Origin: Sphingomonadales bacterium
Lineage (GTDB): Bacteria; Bacteroidota; Bacteroidia; UBA7662
Direction: 5' to 3'
Length of the DNA stretch: 34,405 nt
NCBI GenBank assembly: GCA_016872225.1
Contig: VHAW01000001.1
Span: 1 to 34,405 of the forward strand
The notes under the pieces were generated by a model that did no database searches, was not told the DNA's origin, and saw only the letters and a program-made list of their open reading frames with translations. A program made the position numbers and the translations under genes. Positions 17,239 to 25,797 of this stretch are shown here, in pieces (position 1 is the stretch's first letter; every line of letters begins with the position of its first letter).

Positions 17239-18114
17239 TACTTCAGACTCGGCTCTCCTTATGGCATTGGCAAAAATACCCGTTGCTACGGCAGCATTCA
17301 GGGATTCGGCGCTACCAAACAAAGGAATCCCCGCACGATGAGTAGCGTATTGCAACAAATTTTGGCTCAATCCTTGGGACTCGTTCCCCACGAGAAGCAT
17401 ACCGCCCTGCCTCGGGAATTGAATTTGATTTAGATCCATACCACCCGGCATTGCTGCTATCAACCAAGGTTTTTCATGGTGACAGGTCAGCACACTTCTA
17501 TCCCCTTCTGAAAATAGGGTATCTGAAACAATCATCCCTGTTAAACGGGTTAATTCGACGGGATTAAGATCCACATAATGGATAGGGACACGGAACAATG
17601 AGCCCATAGAGGCCTGTATTACTTTGGAATTATAACAATCTACCGTATCAAGACTGCATATCAAACCTTCGAAACCAAACCAATCTGCGATGCGGATCAT
17701 CGTTCCCAAGTTTCCGGGGTCTTGGATTCGGTCTGCAACCAACCACCAAGGAGCTATTAGTTTGGAAGGTTGTTTGGTTGCCAAACCCGAAGATCTCGTG
17801 GCATTAAGATCCTTTGGGATTTCAAAACAAGCTATAATGGAAGGTGCTGATTTCAATCGCGAAATTCGTTCCATTTCCGTGGAGGAGGCTTTCCTAACCA
17901 AGACATCTCCCGAAAGATGAGCCAAAGTACCATCTAAATCATAGGACCCATCAGGTCCAAAAACCAAGATCAAAGGCTTCCAGCCGCTCTGAAGAGCCTC
18001 CGAAATGATTTTGGGGCCTTCCAACAAAAGCTCCGTTTGGCCCTTTCCGCCATGCCTTTGGGCAAGGGCCAACAAGGCTTTAACTTCGGGTCTGGTAAGA
18101 TGAGCAGGTTCCAA
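17224..18114 (-). CDS. TrmH/SpoU-family RNA 2'-O-methyltransferase
   Basis: SpoU motifs are present: DRIQDPGNLGTMIRIADWFG, LLVGNESQGL and ESLNAAVATGI. The N-terminal region resembles the SpoU substrate-binding domain (...LLLEGPKIISEAL). Confidence 0.9.
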   Translation of the reverse strand: MEPAHLTRPEVKALLALAQRHGGKGQTELLLEGPKIISEALQSGWKPLILVFGPDGSYDLDGTLAHLSGDVLVRKASSTEMERISRLKSAPSIIACFEIPKDLNATRSSGLATKQPSKLIAPWWLVADRIQDPGNLGTMIRIADWFGFEGLICSLDTVDCYNSKVIQASMGSLFRVPIHYVDLNPVELTRLTGMIVSDTLFSEGDRSVLTCHHEKPWLIAAMPGGMDLNQIQFPRQGGMLLVGNESQGLSQNLLQYATHRAGIPLFGSAESLNAAVATGIFANAIRRAESEVSKTP

Positions 18115-20517
18115 TATTCAAAGATACAGTTCATCCTCGCAGGGACTCTATTGGCTTGGTTGACATTAAACTCCTGTTCCGTCCAACGTCAATTAGATAA
18201 CGGGCAGGTCTTTTTAAAAGGATATATTATCCAAGAGTCCGACTCCGGGATTTTCAATGAAGAGGCCTCGAAGTCCGGGCTTTCAATCGCACCTATTTCC
18301 AACCCTTTAAATTTCAGAGAGCTTCGTAAATCCCTCCAACCAGGACTTAATCGTAAATTTTTGAACATTTGGCCCATTAGAACCCAACTCCACTTAATGG
18401 CTCTTGGAAAACCTGGAAACAAAATGCTTCAAAAGTTGGCCCAACGATATGGGGAGGCTCCGATCTTACATGACTCGACAAACCTCTTGTTGAATACCGA
18501 TAATCTCTTGCGATCAATTCATGCAGAAGGATACATGGATGCCTCTGTCACGGCAACCACCCAAAGAAATTCCTCGGGCATTCAAGAAATCTATACTATA
18601 CGAAAGGGACAGCCTTATCGCATTGGCTTGTGGACCCAAACCGTCCTTTCTCCGGGTATTCAATCGACCTTCCGAGAAATCATGGATCAAAATTCATCCT
18701 ACTTTCCGAAGGCAGGTCAAATATTCAAGGCATCTGACCTGGGCAATGTCCGTAACAAAATTTCCCAGGAATTTCGAAATCAAGGATATTTCCGATTCAG
18801 CTCTGATTTTCTAGAATTTGAAGCAGACAGCGGACGCCTTCCCTACACCATTGATTTGAACCTAAAGGTTCTCAAACCTAGACAAGAATTCTATCACATG
18901 CCATACCGATATCGCCGATGGAATCTCTATGTAGGCGGTACCTCTCCATCCCCAATTGACCTTGATTTACCCACTGTCCATGATTCCTTGCCTTGGTTGA
19001 GGTACATGAATACGGATGAAACGATTGACCAAAATCTTTTGATAAACCAAATCGATCATCCCTCAGATCCTATATTCAGCGAAAATCACTTGCGTAAAAC
19101 TTTGACGAATTTTACCAGGCTGGGTTTGTATGCTCCTGGAAATTACTCTATAACGGCCAATGACTCCACTCATGAATTGGATGTACTGTTAGTCTTGAAA
19201 CCTCTACCAAAATGGCAATTCAAGACTGAATATGAGTTTTCTACAAATAACATTGCATTGTTTGGGCTTAACGGTAATGTTTCCTTTACAAAGAGAAATG
19301 CGTTTCGTTTAGGTGATCAACTCGAATTTCGTGCTAATGTAGGTGCTGAATCGCAGCAACTTACTGGATCTGTAGCAACAAGCTCTGGCCTCAATACCTT
19401 GGACTTAGGACTCAGAGCTCAAATCAGTATTCCCGGTATCCTCAAGCCGGGTTGGTTTCAAAAATGGAAACTCAACGGGGAGGAACAAACCCTGATTTCT
19501 CTTATCTATCAAAGACAAAAAAGACAGGACTTTGATCGCAACGTGTTCAAAACTGGTTTAGGCATCAGCGGCCTGGTCCATGGTAGAACCCAATACCAAA
19601 TCTGGCCTGTGGAAATAACCTTCGCCAACACAGGTTTTATCAGCGAAGCGCTTCAGAAAATCTTGGAATCGGGAGACCCTTTGTTACGGGCCAATTTCGT
19701 ATCCTACTTCAGCACCGGCATTCGAGGGTCATGGATCCAAGATCGAATACGAGAATCCAAACGGGATTACATTGGGCTCACGTTGGAAGGTTCAGGCAAC
19801 CTGTACACCTTGCTCAAAGCCACTACAAAGAATCAAAAATTAACTGACACCGTGGGGGGTTTACCTTATTTTCGATTTCTCAAATTGGATGCCGAATGGC
19901 GTAAACACTTTCTTGGCAAAGGCGAATCAATGATTGCCGCCAGAGCTCTGGGCTCTATTGGTCTTCCCTACGGCAATCAGAAAACACTTCCCCTTGAGAA
20001 AAGGACCTTTGGTGGAGGGACAAATTCACTTCGAGCATGGCCTATACGCGGTATGGGACCAGGATCCTTAAGCAATTATGCCAATGGGCGGCTTATTCAA
20101 TTCGGGGAAATACGTTTGGAAAGCAATTTAGAATGGAGATTTCGGGTAGCAGGTCCTCTCAAAGGTGCCCTTTTCATAGATGCCGGGAACATTTGGACCC
20201 TCAGCGACACGTCCTACACCGGCCTTGGCAATTTCACTGCAAAACGGTTCATCAACGAAATTGCTATAAACCAAGGCCTTGGATTACGGTATGATTTTGG
20301 ATTTTTTGTGATGCGAGTGGATTTTGCCGTTAAAGTCCGGGATCCGGCTTTTGTCCATGGAAGGCGATGGGTGATTGGTCAATGGTTTGACCAAGCTTGG
20401 AGGAATAACGGCTGGAGACTTGAGGTTCAAGGAGACAGACCACCTTTGGACCAAAACGGCGTAAGTCCCACCTATCCCCTGTTTTCCACTGTTTTTGGCA
20501 TCAATTACCCCTTTTAA
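18100..20517 (+). CDS. BamA/TamA (Omp85, surface antigen D15) family outer-membrane protein
   Basis: The C-terminal barrel shows FGGGTNSLRAWPIRGMGPGS...EWRF...GALFIDAGNIW...GLGLRYDFGFFVMRVDFA. I prefer the ATG at 18100 (MSRFQYSKIQFILAGTLLAWLTLNSCS, a signal/lipobox-like leader) over the track start at 18037. Confidence 0.85.
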   Translation: MSRFQYSKIQFILAGTLLAWLTLNSCSVQRQLDNGQVFLKGYIIQESDSGIFNEEASKSGLSIAPISNPLNFRELRKSLQPGLNRKFLNIWPIRTQLHLMALGKPGNKMLQKLAQRYGEAPILHDSTNLLLNTDNLLRSIHAEGYMDASVTATTQRNSSGIQEIYTIRKGQPYRIGLWTQTVLSPGIQSTFREIMDQNSSYFPKAGQIFKASDLGNVRNKISQEFRNQGYFRFSSDFLEFEADSGRLPYTIDLNLKVLKPRQEFYHMPYRYRRWNLYVGGTSPSPIDLDLPTVHDSLPWLRYMNTDETIDQNLLINQIDHPSDPIFSENHLRKTLTNFTRLGLYAPGNYSITANDSTHELDVLLVLKPLPKWQFKTEYEFSTNNIALFGLNGNVSFTKRNAFRLGDQLEFRANVGAESQQLTGSVATSSGLNTLDLGLRAQISIPGILKPGWFQKWKLNGEEQTLISLIYQRQKRQDFDRNVFKTGLGISGLVHGRTQYQIWPVEITFANTGFISEALQKILESGDPLLRANFVSYFSTGIRGSWIQDRIRESKRDYIGLTLEGSGNLYTLLKATTKNQKLTDTVGGLPYFRFLKLDAEWRKHFLGKGESMIAARALGSIGLPYGNQKTLPLEKRTFGGGTNSLRAWPIRGMGPGSLSNYANGRLIQFGEIRLESNLEWRFRVAGPLKGALFIDAGNIWTLSDTSYTGLGNFTAKRFINEIAINQGLGLRYDFGFFVMRVDFAVKVRDPAFVHGRRWVIGQWFDQAWRNNGWRLEVQGDRPPLDQNGVSPTYPLFSTVFGINYPF

Positions 20518-20676
20518 GACCTTCATCCCCCCAATTATCGATTACCGAAGAAACCAAGACCGCATGAAGGAGCCAAAAATGATGCTTAATTGTCTCATAA
20601 TTCGGTTTTGGGGGGCAATGGCAGAAATTTGACAGGCTCTAGCGTATATTCGCAGCCCAATTAAGACCATCATTCC

Positions 20677-20985
20677 ATGATTGCCATCGTCAATATTCAG
20701 GGTCAGCAATTCAAGGTTAGCCCCTCTCAAAGTGTATATGTTCATAGACTTGATGCCCGCGAAGGGGATACCATGGAACTTGACAGCGTTATGCTCATCG
20801 AAGACGGTGGGCAGATTAGGGTAGGGCAACCCTACCTCCTCGATGCGAAGGTCAAAATTCGAGTGATCAGCCACCTTAAAGGCGACAAAGTATTGGTATT
20901 CAAGAAAAAAAGACGGAAAGGCTATCAGAAAATGAACGGCCATCGTCAATCTTTCTCCAAAATCACTATTGAGTCCATAGCCTAA
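20677..20985 (+). CDS. rplU: 50S ribosomal protein L21
   Basis: MIAIVNIQGQQFKVSPSQSVYVHRL...KVLVFKKKRRKGYQKMNGHRQ is canonical L21. Confidence 0.97.
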   Translation: MIAIVNIQGQQFKVSPSQSVYVHRLDAREGDTMELDSVMLIEDGGQIRVGQPYLLDAKVKIRVISHLKGDKVLVFKKKRRKGYQKMNGHRQSFSKITIESIA

Positions 20986-21025
20986 TCCATCATTTTCTTT
21001 CCAAAGCAAATAAATCACCCCAATC

Positions 21026-21286
21026 ATGGCACACAAAAAAGGTGTAGGTTCATCCAAGAACGGCCGCGAATCGGAAAGTAAACGCTTGGGCGTTAAGATT
21101 TTTGGTGGACAATTGGCCACCAGCGGCAATATCATTGTTCGTCAACGCGGCACCCGTCACCATCCTGGTCGTAATGTAGGGATTGGTAAGGATCATACGC
21201 TTTTTGCATTAGTGGATGGCCGTGTAGTCTTTACCAAGGGAGACAAAGACCGCTCCTTCGTATCGGTGGACCCGATTAATTCCTAA
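21026..21286 (+). CDS. rpmA: 50S ribosomal protein L27
   Basis: [29 protein letters not shown]...[21 protein letters not shown] is canonical L27. It lies directly downstream of rplU. Confidence 0.97.
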   Translation: MAHKKGVGSSKNGRESESKRLGVKIFGGQLATSGNIIVRQRGTRHHPGRNVGIGKDHTLFALVDGRVVFTKGDKDRSFVSVDPINS

Positions 21287-21298
21287 ACCATTAAACTT

Positions 21299-21320
21299 AT
21301 TCCTGATTTACTTCAGGAAT
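21299..21320 (+). terminator. weak hairpin after rpmA (possible terminator, no U-tract)
   Basis: ATTCCTGA-tttact-TCAGGAAT is an 8-bp AT-rich stem starting 13 nt after the rpmA stop. It is not followed by a T run. Confidence 0.25.
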
Positions 21321-21510
21321 AGAAGGCGGCTAAGGGTAAGTCGGTTTTTTGCGGCTTATCATCAAGAGTTTAGGATTTCTCATATTTATTGGGGACCTGC
21401 CTGCCACAGGCGTTGGCTTTGATTATTCTTCGTAATTTGCAAGGTAATCCTGCCTTTTTCGCACAAAGGCAACCAGAGTTACCTCCATTGCAATCATTCA
21501 GCCCCTGCCT

Positions 21511-22521
21511 ATGACCACCACGAACAGCATCATTCTCGGTACAGGTCACTACGTCCCGTCCAGAGTCGTGACCAATAATGACCTTGGTCAATGGATGGAA
21601 ACCACCAACGAATGGATTGAAGAGCGGACCGGTATCGAAGAACGACGCTTTGCCGTTCCGGGGGTAGACACCACTTCCTCCATGGGGACCGAAGCAGCCA
21701 AAAGAGCAATGGAGGCAGCAGGCATAAAAGCCACGGACCTGGATCTCATTCTTTTTGCGACACTTAGTCCGGATTATTACTTTCCAGGACCTGGCGTTCA
21801 ACTCCAGCAAAATTTAGGCTGCAGGACTATTGGAGCCATAGACATTCGTAATCAATGTTCCGGATTCGTTTATGCCCTATCCATTGCCGACCAGTACATA
21901 CGCAACGGAACTGCCAAATATGTTTTGGTGGTTGGCGCTGAATTGCATTCGGCCGGATTGGACATGAGTACAAGGGGACGCAATGTTTCTGTAATTTTTG
22001 GAGATGGAGCTGGAGCTGTGGTTTTGGGTCCCACCAGGGAATCAAGTAGAGGCATTTTATCCACCCATTTGCATAGCCAGGGCGAACATGCCACTGAACT
22101 TGCCCTCTTAGGGCCCAGCACCAGAGAATGGGTCCCGCAAATCATGGAACGTAATGACCCGGATGATGTTTCTTATTTCCCGTACATGAACGGCAATTTT
22201 GTCTTCAAGCATGCGGTAGTTCGCTTTGCAGAGGTTATCGAAGAAGCCCTGCAAACCAACGGGTACAAACCCTCTGATATCAAGTTAATGATACCTCATC
22301 AGGCCAACCTGCGAATCAGCCAGTATATCCAAAACAAAATGGGACTGCGCGAGGATCAGGTTTTCAATAACATCATGCGTTATGGAAACACCACCGCTGC
22401 CAGCATTCCGCTTGCCCTTAGCGAGGCCTATGCACAAGGCCGTATTGCAGAGAAAGATTTGGTGCTATTTGCCGCTTTCGGCAGCGGATTCACTTGGGCC
22501 TCCGCTCTGATGCGTTGGTAA
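21511..22521 (+). CDS. fabH: beta-ketoacyl-ACP synthase III
   Basis: 336 aa. The active-site Cys context is NQCSGFVYAL, the His region is IPHQANLRI and the Asn region is YGNTTAASIPLAL. The C-terminal GSGFTWAS is typical of FabH. Confidence 0.95.
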   Translation: MTTTNSIILGTGHYVPSRVVTNNDLGQWMETTNEWIEERTGIEERRFAVPGVDTTSSMGTEAAKRAMEAAGIKATDLDLILFATLSPDYYFPGPGVQLQQNLGCRTIGAIDIRNQCSGFVYALSIADQYIRNGTAKYVLVVGAELHSAGLDMSTRGRNVSVIFGDGAGAVVLGPTRESSRGILSTHLHSQGEHATELALLGPSTREWVPQIMERNDPDDVSYFPYMNGNFVFKHAVVRFAEVIEEALQTNGYKPSDIKLMIPHQANLRISQYIQNKMGLREDQVFNNIMRYGNTTAASIPLALSEAYAQGRIAEKDLVLFAAFGSGFTWASALMRW

Positions 22522-22594
22522 ATTCGTATGCCATAGAAGGGAATAAACACTTCCCTACGGCTTTCTTGACTATCCTTATCCAAATTGCCGGGCC

Positions 22595-23458
22595 ATGGAT
22601 AAGTCATGCCGGCCCCTTCCACGATCCATCCACTGGACCATCCAGTCTGGATGGGCCCTATCGGCAGTCTTAGGAATAGGGCATCTCCATGGGCAATCGC
22701 AACCAGCGATTATGCCCCTTGCTATCCACCGTGAGGCTGCCGTGCCCGGCTGGATTCCCGGGCAATGGTCCTGGCCAGCAACACCGCCTCGACCTAATAT
22801 GCGATGGGCATCATCCATAGGCGGGCGTTATCATCCCGCTGTACCTGCGCTGAGCGAATTATTGTTATCGATTGGATACTCGCCCGATCAAGATTGGCTA
22901 ACGCTTGGCATATCACAACAAGGAAGCTTCACACTAAGGCAGCATCAAATTTGCCTTGGCTACAGCAAATCCTTGAAGCGTAACCGAGCAGGCCTATCGC
23001 TCAAATGGAACAGATTGCGTAATGGACGAATTCAATCCCAACGCCTGTCGGCCAGCCTTGGATCAGAACAACAACTGGGAGCATATTGGCGAACAGGCTT
23101 TGGTCTTCAACACCCCATGATCCTCAAAGGCCCTTCCAGCAATAGCCTCGCCATGAATCCTCTAGAGGAACCCGTCCATGGACTTAAGCTTGGCTTATAC
23201 AGCGTGATGCAACGCGACCCTTGGCTCTTCCAATGGGCCACGCATTACAGCCGAATTGAAGGGTGGCGTAATGAATTGGGGATCGTTTACAAGCGCAGCT
23301 CTGGTCTGGGTATCGTATTCAGTACCGATCCCATGAATACATTATTTCATTTTGGTATTTGTTATGGCAAATCGGGAACTTCGTTTTGGACTTCTACCTT
23401 GTACAGTCCCTTGCCGGGACTTAGCTACCAAACCGCATGGGAAGGAGGCATGCCATAA
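22595..23458 (+). CDS. hypothetical secreted protein, beta-strand-rich (possible small outer-membrane protein)
   Basis: 287-aa ORF. It has a hydrophobic leader (WALSAVLGIGHLHGQ) and alternating hydrophobic/polar stretches rich in G, S, W and Y. I recognise no family. The start is uncertain. Confidence 0.5.
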   Translation: MDKSCRPLPRSIHWTIQSGWALSAVLGIGHLHGQSQPAIMPLAIHREAAVPGWIPGQWSWPATPPRPNMRWASSIGGRYHPAVPALSELLLSIGYSPDQDWLTLGISQQGSFTLRQHQICLGYSKSLKRNRAGLSLKWNRLRNGRIQSQRLSASLGSEQQLGAYWRTGFGLQHPMILKGPSSNSLAMNPLEEPVHGLKLGLYSVMQRDPWLFQWATHYSRIEGWRNELGIVYKRSSGLGIVFSTDPMNTLFHFGICYGKSGTSFWTSTLYSPLPGLSYQTAWEGGMP

Positions 23459-23529
23459 TGATTCATTGGAAACCAAAAGAGGAATACCTTGTTCATTTGA
23501 ACAATCACAGCCTAATCCAAATCGGGTTA

Positions 23530-25542
23530 ATGATGCCAAAGTCATCCCTTCGGCTTTTGGGAATACACTGTATTTTTTCATTGTTTGGGGAAGTCAAAAC
23601 TCTCTGGGCCCAAAGTGACCTTGATCAAGACAACGCCCAAATTCAAGAACAAATTCTAGTCACTCAGCACCCCATGCTGGAAGATATGCCCGATCGGTGT
23701 GTACAATCCGTGCTTAATCTACCATGGATAATCAAAAATCGGCTTCCATGGAACAAATCCTTGGAAGCATTGACCAAGGACACCTTAGGGTTAAGCCACA
23801 AGCAATGCAAAGCCATGGATAGCCTGGTAAGGGTCTACGGTAGACCGACCCATGCTGCCTTCTGGATGATGATTCCTTGGATGGAAGCCGCTACCGCTTT
23901 CGCTTTTCAACGGGCCATGGACAGAGAATTCCCGATTATTGATATGCACTCTCGGATTTTGAAATCGGGAATTGACATTTTTTATGGAACTCGATACGTG
24001 AGAACACTCCATGAATACGATGAACCGGTGTATGACGAACGATGGCAATATCGGATAGGTCATCAATTCCGTAACATGGGATGGGTGATGACTTTTGAAA
24101 AGCCAACAGACAGAAGCATTGCAGACCTACCCGGTTTTTTTATGCAAGGCAAGAGAGAACTAACGCAATGGCTGATAGGAGATTTTCATCCCCAATCCGG
24201 AAACAGGCTTTTTCACAATACCCTGCGTATACCTGCCTTTGCAAATCCCTGGGCACATCTGCCCGGAACGGAAATACCCTATGCCTCCTCCCGGATGAAC
24301 GGCGGCAATCAGGTGAGAGGCCTGGCACTGCAAACTGCGTGGAGGCATCACCTGTTGGTTATGAATTCTTATGCCTTGGGTAGTTTTCATATACCTCATT
24401 CCGATTCAGCAACCGAAGTAAAATCTGCCTACGTTCCAATTAAACAACGTAAAATATTATGGATACATTCCATGGCTTGGCAGATGGAAAAACCTTGGGG
24501 GATTTTTGGGCTTCAATCTGCGTTGCCTTCGGTGCTGACTATTCCCTCGGCATGGAATCCTACCATCCTTACCACTCAAAGTCTTCAACCGAATAACCCT
24601 CTCATCGCTCCTGACCAATTTAGCAAAGACCTCCAGACCTTTGGAATCAATTACCATATTCAAAGACGTAACTACTTCTTTCAAAGTAATTTGGCCATAC
24701 ACCCTGCTATCTCGGAAAAACCCTTGAACAAGAATCAAGACCCATATGCACATTCAAGTCTTGACATTCCACAGGCATTGGATATCAGCCAACTGCACAC
24801 TTTGATCATCACTCCCCATCCTCATTGGAGCCTGGGAATGCGATGGTCAAAGCTATCGCAAGGAAGCGAGGCCAAGCACAGCATTAATTTGCTTTGGCCC
24901 AAAGAGGGCCCTCGTCAAGCGCTGGATTTAAATGCACAATGGTCCCCTGTTCCTTACTGGTCCATCACCATGAGATCACATTGGGTGGAGGAAGGTCCTA
25001 TCCATCGTGACGGGGATCGTTTCATCGCATGGAACCGAGGGTTGGAAGGAAGAATACTGAAAGGCCCCTTCAAGGAAAGCCGATACACCATGATCTACAA
25101 ACAAGCTGAACGAGGCAGCCAAGGGGATTACCTTTTCCAATACCTACGAATGCCATGGCCAATTTCCGCCCAACGGGGTGATGATCACGGCCGAGGTGGA
25201 TATGTGCAGATTACGCACGGTTATTCAAGTCCTGCACAACAAACATGGGCCTTAGCGTATAACATTTTGTGGAGAAGGATTTTCCGAACACGTGCCGACT
25301 TTAAGATGGGCCAAACCTGGGTGATTGCAGGATCGGAAGGGGAGCGGGTTACCGTACGCGAAGATCAAAGCTTCGGGGCAGGCTGGTGGACAGGTTCTTC
25401 AGGACAATACAGATTTACCGCATCGTTGCAGGGTCGTAGCGGGTCGAATGGTTGGCGATTTTGGGTGCGACGCATCGAGGATGAGGAAACCCTTCGTTGG
25501 GAAACCGGCTTGGCTTTCTCCCAACGATGGAATGAAAATTGA
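23530..25542 (+). CDS. hypothetical large secreted/outer-membrane-like protein with a degenerate N-terminal helix-hairpin-helix-like region
   Basis: I prefer the ATG at 23530 (MMPKSSLRLLGIHCIFSLFGEVKTLWAQ signal peptide). An acidic stretch precedes LNLP...SLEALTKDTLGLSHKQCKAMDSLVRVYGRPTHAAFWMMIPWMEAAT, which has a ComEA-like layout with the GxG lost. The remaining ~500 aa are rich in W, Y, G and H. Confidence 0.6.
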   Translation: MMPKSSLRLLGIHCIFSLFGEVKTLWAQSDLDQDNAQIQEQILVTQHPMLEDMPDRCVQSVLNLPWIIKNRLPWNKSLEALTKDTLGLSHKQCKAMDSLVRVYGRPTHAAFWMMIPWMEAATAFAFQRAMDREFPIIDMHSRILKSGIDIFYGTRYVRTLHEYDEPVYDERWQYRIGHQFRNMGWVMTFEKPTDRSIADLPGFFMQGKRELTQWLIGDFHPQSGNRLFHNTLRIPAFANPWAHLPGTEIPYASSRMNGGNQVRGLALQTAWRHHLLVMNSYALGSFHIPHSDSATEVKSAYVPIKQRKILWIHSMAWQMEKPWGIFGLQSALPSVLTIPSAWNPTILTTQSLQPNNPLIAPDQFSKDLQTFGINYHIQRRNYFFQSNLAIHPAISEKPLNKNQDPYAHSSLDIPQALDISQLHTLIITPHPHWSLGMRWSKLSQGSEAKHSINLLWPKEGPRQALDLNAQWSPVPYWSITMRSHWVEEGPIHRDGDRFIAWNRGLEGRILKGPFKESRYTMIYKQAERGSQGDYLFQYLRMPWPISAQRGDDHGRGGYVQITHGYSSPAQQTWALAYNILWRRIFRTRADFKMGQTWVIAGSEGERVTVREDQSFGAGWWTGSSGQYRFTASLQGRSGSNGWRFWVRRIEDEETLRWETGLAFSQRWNEN

Positions 25543-25797
25543 ATTATTCCGCCGTGGATAAATGAGTGGTATCGCTCAAAGACCCTGGTCCCCACCCGGT
25601 CATGGAGGGCATTTCCCCCATTCAATGATCCTCGGGGAATTGCACAATTATGCCTTCTTTAAGGCCCAGTTTACGGCTGTGCAGTTTGCCAAAAACTCCT
25701 TGTTTCATGACCCGAAGGATCATAGTTATCTTCCAACGGTCAATCCCCTTGCCGGTTTCTGACGTTATTTTACATAAAAATAACAAACCCCTCTTTC

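Noticed and set aside
20527-20617. An 8-bp inverted repeat (CCCCCCAA ... TTGGGGGG) lies 75 nt apart, downstream of the BamA-family gene and upstream of rplU.
   Set aside because: The arms are short and the spacer is long. There is no supporting structure or conservation information, so it is compatible with chance.
20542-21135. A 197-aa minus-strand ORF spans rplU and rpmA.
   Set aside because: It is antisense to two unmistakable ribosomal protein genes and has no recognisable features.
21370-21810. A 146-aa minus-strand ORF overlaps the fabH start.
   Set aside because: It overlaps a confident gene on the opposite strand. Its translation is Cys/Gly/Arg-rich with no motifs.
25622-25786. A small minus-strand ORF lies in the 255-nt gap before the EEP gene. 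It is 33 aa from the ATG at 25723 (MILRVMKQGVFGKLHSRKLGLKEGIIVQFPEDH) or 54 aa from the TTG at 25786. It has a faint resemblance to the end of an S4 RNA-binding domain.
   Set aside because: It is too short and the resemblance is too weak to support a call. The S4 alpha-L core is missing. It could be a gene fragment, but I cannot substantiate that without a profile search.
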